Assembly: GCA_963712275.1 (NCBI GenBank)
Contig: CAVQHD010000001.1
Coordinates: 864,001-928,000, forward strand
Direction: 5' to 3'
From: an uncultured Rhabdochlamydiaceae bacterium
GTDB taxonomy: Bacteria; Chlamydiota; Chlamydiia; Chlamydiales; Rhabdochlamydiaceae
Length of the DNA stretch: 64,000 nt
Part shown: piece by piece, positions 38,563 through 48,654 of the stretch
Position numbering within the stretch: the stretch's first letter is position 1
How the letters are laid out: every line of letters starts with the position of its first letter
Notes under the pieces: model-generated
What the model saw: the letters and a program-made list of their open reading frames with translations, nothing else
What the model was told of the DNA's origin: nothing
Database searches by the model: none
Translations under genes and position numbers: made by a program

Positions 38563-40349
38563 ATCAAAAAAACGACGCTTTTCTTGAGATTCGTATTAAA
38601 GGGTCGCCCGTTAGTGAAGGGATTGCTGTCGGCATTCCTATTTTCCTCTCTTCAGGACGAGAACAAATTCCGGAATTTCCTATTAGCACTGGAGAAGTTG
38701 AAAATGAAATCGCCCGGTATCGGCAAGCGCTTTCCTCAAGCCGTAAAGATTTAAAAAAACTGCAGAGTGATTTGACGCAGGAAGGATCAGGAGAAATTGC
38801 ATCGATCATCGGAACTCATATCGAAATGCTCGACGATCCGCTGATGACGACACATATGGAAACTAAAATTCGTGAGATGTTGAAGAACACAGAGGCGGTT
38901 TTCCATACCATGATCCATGAATATGAGCAGCGATTTAGCGAAACACCGGATGGATTCTTCAACCAGCGATTGACAGACGTGAGGGATCTATCACAAAGAA
39001 TTCTTCGGAATTTATCCGATACCGATACCGGTTTATTAGATCAAATTCCTCAAGATGCAATTGTTTTTGCTAAAGAACTCGTTCCTTCGGATACAGCGTC
39101 CATCCAAGCTTCCAGGATCCGTGCCTTTGTAACCCAAAGCGGCGGGGGAACTTCTCATGCTGCCCTTATTGCCCGGGCTAAGGGGATTCCGTATGTTTCT
39201 GGCATTAGTATGGATATTTTGGAAAAGGCACAAGGAACTTATGTGATTGTGGATGGCCAGGCAGGAGAGATCATTTTAAATCCAACCCTTGCCACCATTG
39301 AAAAATATATTCAGCTTAAAAATCGTCTCATGAAACGGTATCAGCAACTGGAAAAAGATAAGGACCTTCCTACGGAAACGCTGGATGGCTACCGAGTTGA
39401 ACTTTTTGCAAATATTAACCATTTGGAAGATTTAGAACTTGCGCACTATCACCGCGCTGCAGGAATCGGTCTTTTTCGTTCAGAGTATCTGTTTTTGCAA
39501 GATCACCCCTTATTTTTTGATGAGGAGCGTCAAGTCGTGCTTTATAAGAGCTTTTTCGATCAGGCAAAGGAATTACAACTCACTTTTCGGTTAATGGATC
39601 TTGGAGGAGACAAATATGCCACGCTCTTTCACGAGATGTCAAAGGAGCCTAACCCTATTTTGGGATGCCGAGGGATCCGATTTTTACTTCGAAGAGTCGA
39701 CATTTTGAAAACACAACTAAGAGCTCTCCTTAAAGCAGGAGTAGGTCATCGAATACGTATTCTTTTTCCGCTGATTACAGATATTCATGAGCTGCGGGAA
39801 GTCAAACGGATTGTCCAAGAGGTGAAGATCGAGCTGCAATCGGAAGGGGCGGCATTTCTAGAAGAGGCTCCTTTGGGATGTATGTTAGAGGTGCCATCAG
39901 CTGTTTTAGTCTGCGATACTTTAGCCCAAGAGAGTGATTTTTTAGCCTTGGGGACAAATGACTTAATTCAATATACGCTTGGGATCGATCGGAGCAATCC
40001 TGGCATGGGCGATTTTTTTTATCCAACGCATCCTGGCGTGATTCGAATGATTCGCATGACTCTCTTAGAAGCAAAAAGGTATTCAAAGCCGATGACTCTT
40101 TGCGGCGAGATGGCCTCCAACCCTCTTTTAACAGCTCTTCTTGTGGGGCTGGGAGTTCGTAACTTTTCGTGTGCTCCCAGGTTTATTCCCATCATCAAAC
40201 GAACGCTTAGGCATTTATCATTGCTAGATGCAATCGATATTGCAGAGCACGTCCTCACGCTTCGAACCTCCCCAGAGATTTTTAAATATCTGACCGAAGA
40301 GATGAAAGAAACCGGTCTTGAGTCTCTTAATGAAGAGTCGTCTCTGTGA
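38559..40349 (+). CDS. ptsI: PTS enzyme I
   Basis: GGGTSHAALIAR, GIGLFRSEYLF, DLGGDK, EPNPILGCRGIR, GTNDLIQY, CGEMA. Confidence 0.95.
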   Translation: MNQKNDAFLEIRIKGSPVSEGIAVGIPIFLSSGREQIPEFPISTGEVENEIARYRQALSSSRKDLKKLQSDLTQEGSGEIASIIGTHIEMLDDPLMTTHMETKIREMLKNTEAVFHTMIHEYEQRFSETPDGFFNQRLTDVRDLSQRILRNLSDTDTGLLDQIPQDAIVFAKELVPSDTASIQASRIRAFVTQSGGGTSHAALIARAKGIPYVSGISMDILEKAQGTYVIVDGQAGEIILNPTLATIEKYIQLKNRLMKRYQQLEKDKDLPTETLDGYRVELFANINHLEDLELAHYHRAAGIGLFRSEYLFLQDHPLFFDEERQVVLYKSFFDQAKELQLTFRLMDLGGDKYATLFHEMSKEPNPILGCRGIRFLLRRVDILKTQLRALLKAGVGHRIRILFPLITDIHELREVKRIVQEVKIELQSEGAAFLEEAPLGCMLEVPSAVLVCDTLAQESDFLALGTNDLIQYTLGIDRSNPGMGDFFYPTHPGVIRMIRMTLLEAKRYSKPMTLCGEMASNPLLTALLVGLGVRNFSCAPRFIPIIKRTLRHLSLLDAIDIAEHVLTLRTSPEIFKYLTEEMKETGLESLNEESSL

Positions 40350-40596
40350 TTTTTTGAGAGGCGTCGTCATAGGCGGCTTTGATCAAGTCCTGCAACCCTT
40401 CAACATCACTTGGATCGACACAAGCAGGTTGGATGTCAATTTTCTTTAACTCCCGATCTCCTGAAAGAACAATTTTCACAAGACCATTACCTGCGGATCC
40501 TACGACTTCCTGCTGTTTACGCTCTTCTTTTATTTTTTCAAATTGAGCTTCAAATTGTTTAGCTTGTTTTTTAAATTTAGAAAAACCACTGCCCAT
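40327..40596 (-). CDS. ybaB: YbaB/EbfC nucleoid-associated protein
   Basis: GSAGNGLVKI...DVEGLQDLIKAA; follows dnaX. Confidence 0.9.
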   Translation of the reverse strand: MGSGFSKFKKQAKQFEAQFEKIKEERKQQEVVGSAGNGLVKIVLSGDRELKKIDIQPACVDPSDVEGLQDLIKAAYDDASQKITETTLH

Positions 40597-40600
40597 AGCA

Positions 40601-41962
40601 TTAAACCTCCTTCTTCAAAATTCCTTCGAGTTCAACCGCTGCAAAACGGAGGATTGTATCATAATGGCTTTGAGGGCGCAAAGAGGAAGGATTCGTGGGA
40701 AGGTTTTCTGAAGAAAGGGCTGGAGTTATTGCTTTGGGGCTTACGATGATCTCTTTCTTCTCTGCAGGAGGCGTAGTTTTGTCTTGTGAGGCAGGGCTAG
40801 ATATACTCAAACAATTTGAAGCATCGGGAATTGGGTATAATTTTTCCAGTCGGCGGATGAGAGAGGGAAGGGAAACCCGCTTTGTACTTCGGATGAGGTG
40901 AAGAAAGACCATTTCTAATGCAATGCGGCGGAAAGGAATCTTAGAGAGTTCTTTGAGCCATCCTGCGAGGTAGTCCAGGATATAGAGAAGGTGTTCCTGA
41001 GAAAAAACAGAAGCCATCTGCACATAGTGGGCCTCTTCTTCGGGGTGGAGAAAGCCTTGAGCGGGGAGGCGGAAATGAAAGAGGAGATGGGTGCGGAAAT
41101 GGTCTAAAAGCCCTTCTAAAAACGTGTGGAGCTCTCGTCCAGATGATAGCAAATCATGGGAGAGCGTAAAGGCAGCAGGGAGGTTTTCATGTTCAATCGC
41201 TTGGTCGAGCTTGAAGTAGAAATGGCGTGGAGTGACTCCCAGAAGATGGGCTGCCGCTGCATAGGTAAAAGGCCCAGATGTAAAACATAAAAATTGATCA
41301 AACATCGATTCGGCATCTCGGAGTCCACCATCTGCTGCGTGGGCGATGAGCTCAAGAGCGCTTTGTTCAATGGAGATGCCGGCTTCCTGGGCAATCATTT
41401 GTAGCTTTGCCACGATCTGATCGATGGTCAGCCGTTTAAGATCGAACCGTTGACATCGGCTTAAAATCGTTGGGAGCACTTTTTGAGGCTCTGTTGTTGC
41501 AAAGAAAAATTTAACATTACTTGGAGGTTCTTCAAGGGTTTTAAGAAGTGCGTTAAAGGCCTCCTTCGTCAGCATGTGAACTTCATCGATAATGTAAATT
41601 TTATACTTTCCGCCTGCTGTCATGTAGCCGATTGTCCTATTAAGCTCTCTGATATCTTCGATTCCGCGGTTGGAGGCGCCGTCAATTTCAAGGACGTCCA
41701 GCGAGCGGCCTTGCATGATTTCAAGGCAGGAAGGGCATTGGTTGCAAGGCTCAAGTGTTTCTTGGAAGTTCTGGCAGTTGAGCGCTTTTGCAAAGAGGCG
41801 GGCAAGAGTTGTTTTTCCTGTCCCTCGGCATCCACAGAACAGATAGGCAGGGGCTATTTTGCCGGATTTAAGAGCATTTTTTAATGTGGTCACGACCGCT
41901 TCTTGCCCTTTCATCGATTGAAAGGTTTGCGGCCGGTACTGACGAGAAAGATTTTGATACAT
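40601..41962 (-). CDS. dnaX: DNA polymerase III gamma/tau
   Basis: YRPQTF, GCRGTGKTT, EIDGASNRG, IIDEVHML, AFNALLKTLEEPP, SRCQ. Confidence 0.97.
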   Translation of the reverse strand: MYQNLSRQYRPQTFQSMKGQEAVVTTLKNALKSGKIAPAYLFCGCRGTGKTTLARLFAKALNCQNFQETLEPCNQCPSCLEIMQGRSLDVLEIDGASNRGIEDIRELNRTIGYMTAGGKYKIYIIDEVHMLTKEAFNALLKTLEEPPSNVKFFFATTEPQKVLPTILSRCQRFDLKRLTIDQIVAKLQMIAQEAGISIEQSALELIAHAADGGLRDAESMFDQFLCFTSGPFTYAAAAHLLGVTPRHFYFKLDQAIEHENLPAAFTLSHDLLSSGRELHTFLEGLLDHFRTHLLFHFRLPAQGFLHPEEEAHYVQMASVFSQEHLLYILDYLAGWLKELSKIPFRRIALEMVFLHLIRSTKRVSLPSLIRRLEKLYPIPDASNCLSISSPASQDKTTPPAEKKEIIVSPKAITPALSSENLPTNPSSLRPQSHYDTILRFAAVELEGILKKEV

Positions 41963-42081
41963 AACACAACTATAATCTGTTTAGGGCGTGCCGTCAATTT
42001 TTTGATCATTCAGATCGACCCCAAGGATATAGCGATATTCTCGATTCCATGAATTGACTGTCTTCCCTTATTTAGGCTTTA

Positions 42082-42285
42082 TTGGCAAAGGAGGCGCTAT
42101 ATGAATTTTTTGTCGTGTACAGAGGGATGAGGGAGTTCTCTTGTCGCAACTTATACATAATGAGCGACTTATATATAATATATAAAGACAATGAAAAAGT
42201 GCAGACATTGTCTGCACAAATTAGCTGGTCCCATAATGTGGCCATTTTTCTGATTTTTGCACTCTCTCTCCATGTTGATCATTAA
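42082..42285 (+). pseudogene. YhcG/DUF1016 N-terminal domain fragment
   Basis: GMREFSCRNLYIMSDLYIIYKDNEKVQTLSAQISWSHN resembles the GFS.RNL..M..FY..Y ... Q.L.A.ISW.HN block. Confidence 0.7.
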
Positions 42286-42315
42286 TGTCGTTTCGTTCAA
42301 GCTGGGGGAATAAGG

Positions 42316-44451
42316 GTGAATATGATGTCCTTTAAACCCATGGACTGGTTGGTGTCTTGTTGGTACCACAGGGTCTTTGTGAAATGGAGATGGGTTCAAA
42401 AAAGCCTGTTTATCTTTTTTTTCATTTTATCGCTTGCGTCTTTCTTTCATTTTCGTGAAATCCATGTCGATCATTTAGAGTTAGGAACTGTCACGCAAAA
42501 GTACGTGCTTGCCCAAGTGGGGTTTGACTTTACAGACGTTGAAACCACGCGTGTATTAAAAGAAGAATCTTTGCGGGACATTGGAAGAATTTATTATTTT
42601 GATGATGAGGAAATTTTTAAAATAGAGAGGCAAGTTCATAATGACTTGATAAGAGACCCTCAGTGGAGAAATGAGTTTGCTTCTACGACTTTTGACGACC
42701 TAGTTCATGCTTGCGAGTTGATCCATGATGTTCTTTTAAAAAGTGTGTTTTCGGATGACAGGACCATTCAAAAACTGATTCAAATGGGCCTCGCTTCTAA
42801 ACAATGCCTTATGAAAGCGGGAACGATGAGTTCTATTTGGGACCAAATCGAGCAGAAAGCATTTGTCTCGCTGGGAGCTGTTTCTCGGTTTGTTTTAGAA
42901 AAATATCGACAGCATTCTTGGAGCCTTAAAGAAGATTTTAATCTTCGGCAGTGCCTTCGGCGAAAAATTAAAGAAGAAATCCCCATTAAAAAAACCCGCA
43001 TAGAGGCAGGAAGCCGCATTATTAATGCAGGAGATGAAGTCACCAGCAGGCATCTAGACATGCTGCAGGAAATGAAAAAAGCTTTAGCAGAAGAGAGGCA
43101 TTTACTTAAACCGCTAACGATTTTGGGCAGCGTTGCTCTTGCGGCAATCTTAACATTTTTGGGACTCTACTATTTCCGAGGGTTTCATCCTTGGCTACTC
43201 AAGTCTTTTTCTAAGCTCGCCTTAGTTGCAATGGTCATTTTACTGACTCTTTGCTTAGCGAAGATCACTGAATATGTTATCTTGTATAAGTCAGGGCATC
43301 TCTTTGATATTTGCCGGCTTCCTATCTTCGCTCTTTTTGCCAGTATGACGATTTCCATTCTCATTGATCGAAATGTTGCGCTCTTTGTCTCTGGATTCAT
43401 TACGCTTGTTCTGGGAGTGACCCTTGCAATGGAATCGGATGAATTTTTAATCATTAATTTATCGACTGCGGTGATGGCCATTGTTTGGACGAAAGATGTT
43501 CGAAAAAGAAAAGACATTTTTGTCATTTGCACGAAAATTTGGCTCTTGACCCTACCCCTCATCTTGGCAATCAATTTGCTCAGTCATCAATTTTGGCATC
43601 GGCAAGTTTTGACAGACTTTCTAACGACATTTCTCTTTATTTTTGTCATCGGAATCCTTGTGATTGCAATCCTTCCGCTTTTAGAGTCGATTTTTGGGAT
43701 CGTCACCGATTTAATGCTTATGGAGGTCGGAGACCCTAATCATACCCTTCTCAGGCGTCTTAGCTTAGAAGCCCCTGGCACCTATCAACACTCGCTTGGA
43801 GTTGCATCGCTGGCAGAAGAGGCTGCTCGTGCCATTGGAGCAAGCGCTCTTTTGTGCCGCGTCGGCTCCCTCTACCACGATATTGGAAAAATTGCACAAC
43901 CCCAATATTTTTCTGAAAATCAACTTTCAGGATTTGACATGCACCAACTACTGACGCCTCTGGAGTCTGCCCAGGTCATCATTCAACATGTTACGGATGG
44001 GATTAAATTAGCTGAAAGCTGCGAACTTCCGAGGCCCATCATTGAGATGATTCAGCAGCATCATGGGACAACGCTTGTCTATTATTTTTATCACGCGCAG
44101 ATTGAAAAAAATCGAGCGAAAGCAATTGAGGTTGAGGAAGGCTTTTTTCGGTATCCAGGACCTATTCCGCAGTCTCGTGAGTCAGCTGTTGTGATGCTTG
44201 CAGACTCCATTGAAGCGGCTTACCGATCTCAAGACGAGGTATCTGAAAAAGCGATTGCTCAGCTTGTTGAGGGGATTGTCTCTGATAAGATACGGGAGCA
44301 TCAACTCGATGCCTCTCAGCTTACGTTCGAAGACCTTAAAGCAATCAAAAAGGCGATGTTCCGCTCGCTGATGGCTTTAGGCCACAGCCGCGCCAAATAT
44401 CCGGCCCCTGTTAAGGCGCCAGTCCCAATCCCGAGCGAAGTGCTGGTATAG
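42316..44451 (+). CDS. 7TM-HD phosphohydrolase (PgpH/YqfF-like)
   Basis: Extracytoplasmic domain, about 7 TMs, EAPGTYQHS, YHDIGK, QHHGT, FRYPGP.P, MLADSIEAA. Confidence 0.9.
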   Translation: MNMMSFKPMDWLVSCWYHRVFVKWRWVQKSLFIFFFILSLASFFHFREIHVDHLELGTVTQKYVLAQVGFDFTDVETTRVLKEESLRDIGRIYYFDDEEIFKIERQVHNDLIRDPQWRNEFASTTFDDLVHACELIHDVLLKSVFSDDRTIQKLIQMGLASKQCLMKAGTMSSIWDQIEQKAFVSLGAVSRFVLEKYRQHSWSLKEDFNLRQCLRRKIKEEIPIKKTRIEAGSRIINAGDEVTSRHLDMLQEMKKALAEERHLLKPLTILGSVALAAILTFLGLYYFRGFHPWLLKSFSKLALVAMVILLTLCLAKITEYVILYKSGHLFDICRLPIFALFASMTISILIDRNVALFVSGFITLVLGVTLAMESDEFLIINLSTAVMAIVWTKDVRKRKDIFVICTKIWLLTLPLILAINLLSHQFWHRQVLTDFLTTFLFIFVIGILVIAILPLLESIFGIVTDLMLMEVGDPNHTLLRRLSLEAPGTYQHSLGVASLAEEAARAIGASALLCRVGSLYHDIGKIAQPQYFSENQLSGFDMHQLLTPLESAQVIIQHVTDGIKLAESCELPRPIIEMIQQHHGTTLVYYFYHAQIEKNRAKAIEVEEGFFRYPGPIPQSRESAVVMLADSIEAAYRSQDEVSEKAIAQLVEGIVSDKIREHQLDASQLTFEDLKAIKKAMFRSLMALGHSRAKYPAPVKAPVPIPSEVLV

Positions 44452-44458
44452 GGGGGTG

Positions 44459-46519
44459 TTATAGGAGCTGAAAATTCTCATCGACCCATTTTTTCGTAAG
44501 TTTGGCGATAATTTCTTGTTCGAGCCTTTTTTGCTGATCGTGCAGTGCGTCAATAGCTTGTTTGGTTTCTCCTTCACGCCTTGATTTATCAAAAATAAGG
44601 GTATCGATCTGCTCTGAAATCGCCTCAATCGGTTTAAAAGCCTCTGGGTGGAGGGCTTTTACCCTTTCACTCCATTTGTCGTATTGGGGCAGAATCTGAG
44701 CAATCGCTTCTGCAGATTGAGTCGTCTTCAAAACTTTGTCCCCATCTTCAGCGAGCATTTCCACTGTGATGCCAGCGACCTCTGAGTAGAGCATCTCCTC
44801 TGTTGAAATAGGAAGCTGCAGCTGATCTTTAAGCTTAATGTGGTAGAAGAGAAAGACTTCAATCTGGTCGCCCAAACGGAGTTCATCGATACGTCTCCAG
44901 GCAATTTTATCGAGTTCATCCTTGCGCTTCAGTCCTACCAGAAGCTTTGCCAGGCCCACTTCATCAAACGCTTCGCTTTGGCTTAAGTGCCACTCGATTT
45001 CGATATCGTCAAAAATCACAGTGATGCGATCACCACAGCCTCTTTCAGCTAAGCCGTTTTCTAGAATTGGAAAAAGCCTTGCGCAAAAGTCAGTATTGAC
45101 AACAGCTTGCTGGAGCATATGACCGACGCGCAAGATCATATTTTGCTTTGTTCTTCCGCCATTTCGATAATCGCTTGTCTCTTTTAATCTTTGTAGAAGT
45201 ATGTGTAAATTATCGCTCCCTGGATGAGCTCGTACGGTTGCATAAAAGTTGAGACAGAATCTATCTGCTGCTCCGGCTCTTGGGAAACAGCCTTGCTTAT
45301 CCTCGCAGTGCTCCGGGAACTCTTTTTGAAACAGCCCAAGCCAAAACATCAGGCTATCATCCAGCGTCCCTTCAATAGAGGGCCTGTCTTCGTGAATGGA
45401 AGCAAAAAATCTTGGGCCTAGTCCAGGATTGCATCTTCGTACCGCTTGAATACAAGTCTGAAAGGCTATGATGCTTTCTGGAGTGAGGCGATTCCAGTAC
45501 GCAAAAATATGGCAGTTAGCAGAAAGTAAAGCTAAAAACGGAGGTAGCACTGTAAATTCGTTGCGAAAGAGGGAAAGTTGTTTTAGATGAATAAGTTGCC
45601 TAATTTCGGTAGGCAGCTCTGTTAAATAATTGTTGCAAATATGAAGGGATTCTAGGTTAATCAGACGACCAATCTCAGGTGACAAAACTCTCAAATTTAC
45701 GCGAAAAAGGTCAAGGGACTTTAGGCTGATAATCTGAAAAATTTCAGGCGGTAGGCCTCTCCATGGATTCATACTGATATTAAGTTTCAGAAGTTCAGTC
45801 AATTGCCCAAATTCAGGTGGAAGAGTCTCCAGTTTGTTATTGGAGATATTAAGCTCCTTTAAATTCTTAAGTTGACAAATTTCAGGCGGTAGAGTCTTCA
45901 ATTTGTTGTTGCTAATATCAAGTACCTCCAGATGGGCGAAGTGTCCAATTTCAGACGGTAGGGTCTTCAATTTATTACCAGGAATCATTAGAGATATTAA
46001 GCCGGTAAATTGAAAAATTTGGGGTGGTAAAGTCGTGAGATCTCCACAATCTATAGAAAGTATTTTGACTTGACTTAGAGCAATTTTGTGGTCCCATATC
46101 CACTGATCAAATTGATCTGTTATTGTATAGGACCCAAACTCGTTAAAACAAAAGTCAACGTTAATTTCTGAAGCAAGAGCTTTCCATAATATGAGAACAT
46201 CACGGGTCGGCCCTGGAGGATAATTGTCGAATGAATCAGCAGTTTTATGACTGGAGGTGCTATACGATTTATAAACAAGAAAAACCACTGTCGTCAAGGC
46301 CTTCAGTTCCTTGGATATATCTGATATTGCAATAAAGAGTCCAACGGCAGCATAAGCGGCAGTAATAGCCCACTTCTGATGTGTTTGTGGTCCTAAAATC
46401 TTTCTAAAGAGAGGATAAATAAGGCTGTCAACGCCAATAGAGGAAACAGTGGCTAGCGCCAAGGCCGCAGGATAGAAAAAGGGAGTAGGTACCTGGTTTA
46501 CCATAAATTTTATAGACAT
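44459..46519 (-). CDS. LRR + NEL (IpaH/SspH-type) E3 ubiquitin ligase
   Basis: About 8 23-aa LRRs (L.IS.N.L.TLP.EI..L..L), GCGDR catalytic-type motif, DQIEVFLFYHIKLKDQLQLP..MLY. Confidence 0.85.
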   Translation of the reverse strand: MSIKFMVNQVPTPFFYPAALALATVSSIGVDSLIYPLFRKILGPQTHQKWAITAAYAAVGLFIAISDISKELKALTTVVFLVYKSYSTSSHKTADSFDNYPPGPTRDVLILWKALASEINVDFCFNEFGSYTITDQFDQWIWDHKIALSQVKILSIDCGDLTTLPPQIFQFTGLISLMIPGNKLKTLPSEIGHFAHLEVLDISNNKLKTLPPEICQLKNLKELNISNNKLETLPPEFGQLTELLKLNISMNPWRGLPPEIFQIISLKSLDLFRVNLRVLSPEIGRLINLESLHICNNYLTELPTEIRQLIHLKQLSLFRNEFTVLPPFLALLSANCHIFAYWNRLTPESIIAFQTCIQAVRRCNPGLGPRFFASIHEDRPSIEGTLDDSLMFWLGLFQKEFPEHCEDKQGCFPRAGAADRFCLNFYATVRAHPGSDNLHILLQRLKETSDYRNGGRTKQNMILRVGHMLQQAVVNTDFCARLFPILENGLAERGCGDRITVIFDDIEIEWHLSQSEAFDEVGLAKLLVGLKRKDELDKIAWRRIDELRLGDQIEVFLFYHIKLKDQLQLPISTEEMLYSEVAGITVEMLAEDGDKVLKTTQSAEAIAQILPQYDKWSERVKALHPEAFKPIEAISEQIDTLIFDKSRREGETKQAIDALHDQQKRLEQEIIAKLTKKWVDENFQLL

Positions 46520-48240
46520 TGGTCATTTACCCTATGTGTTGTGCGCTCCTGAAAGTAGAATTGGAGCAGGTGTGAACATTGGTCAAGATGCTTTCGGCAT
46601 TCTTTGATGCCGCGAGTGATCGAGCGGCGGGCAGGCCGGTAGGCGCTTAAATAAACTTTCAGTTTGGGCTCTGTTCCGGAGGGGCGAATGATAAGAGAGG
46701 TTCCATCTTCTAGCATCCACTGCAGAATATCGGAGGAAGGAAGTTCTCCGACTTGTTGAAGATAATCGATGATTTGGATAACGGTTTGGTCCCCAAGGGA
46801 GGCGGGAGGATCATCTCTTAACGTTTGCATGAGATGCTGAATCGTTTCAACGCCTTCCTTGCCGCTTGAGAAAGTGAGTGAAAGCCCGCTTTCTTGAAAA
46901 ATGCCAAAACGGCTGTAGATCTCGTGGAGAAGATCAAGGCATGTTTTCCCTTGAGCTTTAAGGTCTGCGCTCATCTGAGCAAAAAGGCATGCGGCGGCAA
47001 TTCCATCTTTGTCTCGGCAGGAAGTTCCCAGCAGGTAGCCGTGCGATTCCTCCGCGCCAAAGAGGAACGAATATCCTTCTGAAGGTTCAAGTTCCCACTG
47101 CCGGATCTTTTCCGCGATGTATTTAAAGCCTGTCAGCACGCGAAATGTTTTCACCTGGTACGCGCTCCCGATTCTATCGATCAATGGTGTGGTTACAAGA
47201 GAGGTCACAAGAGCGCTTTTGGGAGGGATCATCTCTCTTTTTGAAAGAGTATCGCACAGATAATAGGCTCCAAGGGCTGCGAGTTCGTGCCCATTTAAGC
47301 AAACAACTTTTCCTCGATGTTGAATGACAACGCCAAGACGATCGGCGTCGGGGTCTGTGACAAAGAGGAGATCGCTTTTGGTTTGTTTAAGCCATCTGAT
47401 CCCTTCTTGAAGAGAGGCGGCAGACTCGGGGTTGGGAGATGGGGCGGAAGGGAAATCTCCATCGATAGTGCATTGAGATTCAACGAGGAGGGGGGCGGAA
47501 AATCCGCACCGTTTGAGCGCTTTGGGCAGAAGAGTGATGCCTGTCCCATGAAGGCTGCTGTAGCAAATCTGCAGAGGTGTTTTGGGAGGTGGTGAAAAGA
47601 TCGGAAGAGAGGCGATGGCATTCAGATAGGCTTCATCTATGTTCCCGTCAATCCATGAGATGAGAGGGTGATCAAGAGCTCCGATTTTAACGTCGGAGTA
47701 AGACGCGATCTTTTCAATCTCATCCATGATGCCCTGATCGTGAGGGAAGACGATTTGAGCTCCATCGCTCCAGTACACCTTGTAGCCATTATACTCTTTG
47801 GGATTGTGAGAAGCCGTGATCATGATAGCGGCTTGGGCTTTAAGATGCCTGCAAGCAAAGGAGACAAAAGGGGTTGGCCTCAGCTCGCGGCATAAAAAAA
47901 CGGGGATCTCGTTTCCAACAAGAACACGGGCGGCCTCCTTGGCAAAGAGCTCTGAATGCCGGCGGCTATCAAACCCAATGACAACTCCCTTCGAAGAAAA
48001 GGTTTGTTTTCGAAGGTAGGCGGCAACTCCTTGCGTTGCTTTTCGGATGGTGTAAATATTCATCCGATAAGTCCCTACGCCCATGATGCCGCGAAGTCCA
48101 CCTGTCCCAAATTTAAGATCGGCAAAAAAGGCATCTTCGAGTTCTGTCGGATGGTTCCATAGATTTTTTACCTGCTCGCGTGTGATGGGGTCGAAATAGG
48201 GGTCTTCCAGCCACGGGCGGGCTCGAGTCTCAATCATCAC
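46510..48240 (-). CDS. Phosphoglucomutase/phosphomannomutase
   Basis: FGTGGLRG, MITASHNP, DPDADR, GAEESHG, RPSGTEPKLK. Confidence 0.95.
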   Translation of the reverse strand: MMIETRARPWLEDPYFDPITREQVKNLWNHPTELEDAFFADLKFGTGGLRGIMGVGTYRMNIYTIRKATQGVAAYLRKQTFSSKGVVIGFDSRRHSELFAKEAARVLVGNEIPVFLCRELRPTPFVSFACRHLKAQAAIMITASHNPKEYNGYKVYWSDGAQIVFPHDQGIMDEIEKIASYSDVKIGALDHPLISWIDGNIDEAYLNAIASLPIFSPPPKTPLQICYSSLHGTGITLLPKALKRCGFSAPLLVESQCTIDGDFPSAPSPNPESAASLQEGIRWLKQTKSDLLFVTDPDADRLGVVIQHRGKVVCLNGHELAALGAYYLCDTLSKREMIPPKSALVTSLVTTPLIDRIGSAYQVKTFRVLTGFKYIAEKIRQWELEPSEGYSFLFGAEESHGYLLGTSCRDKDGIAAACLFAQMSADLKAQGKTCLDLLHEIYSRFGIFQESGLSLTFSSGKEGVETIQHLMQTLRDDPPASLGDQTVIQIIDYLQQVGELPSSDILQWMLEDGTSLIIRPSGTEPKLKVYLSAYRPARRSITRGIKECRKHLDQCSHLLQFYFQERTTHRVNDQCL

Positions 48241-48252
48241 TTTTCTCCCTCC

Positions 48253-48654
48253 CTACCGGTTTTTCTCCTCTTCAATGACTTTAAAAGATACCACCGGAGC
48301 ATCTTCGTGGTCAATCCCTTCGCATCGACGAGAGGCTTCTTTCCACTGCTCTGGCGTAGATAAATTTTCTTTCCACCAGGGAAATGTTCGGCATTGAAGA
48401 GGGCGGACTGAATAGATTTGACATTTTTTGTCTTTTAAAAAGATGCAGTCATAGGTGATTCGGTCTTCTCTTAGAGAGACCCTTCCAAAAATTGAGCGGG
48501 TATATGTTTGAAGAAATTGCGGCCTTGAAATCCCAAGATGGGTTGCGATGGCATCGATTTCTTCCGTTGAGAGCCAAACATAACCGGGCTCTCCAGTGCA
48601 ACACTGGCCGCACCCTGTACATTTAAATCGAAGCCCTTTTTTATACCAGGTCAT
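48253..48654 (-). CDS. YkgJ-family cysteine-cluster protein
   Basis: CTGCGQCC, CIFL...CQIY..RP.QCRTFPWW. Confidence 0.9.
   Translation of the reverse strand: MTWYKKGLRFKCTGCGQCCTGEPGYVWLSTEEIDAIATHLGISRPQFLQTYTRSIFGRVSLREDRITYDCIFLKDKKCQIYSVRPLQCRTFPWWKENLSTPEQWKEASRRCEGIDHEDAPVVSFKVIEEEKNR

Noticed and set aside
40601..41962. Programmed frameshift in dnaX
   Set aside because: A single open frame; no convincing slippery site with stimulatory structure was identified by eye
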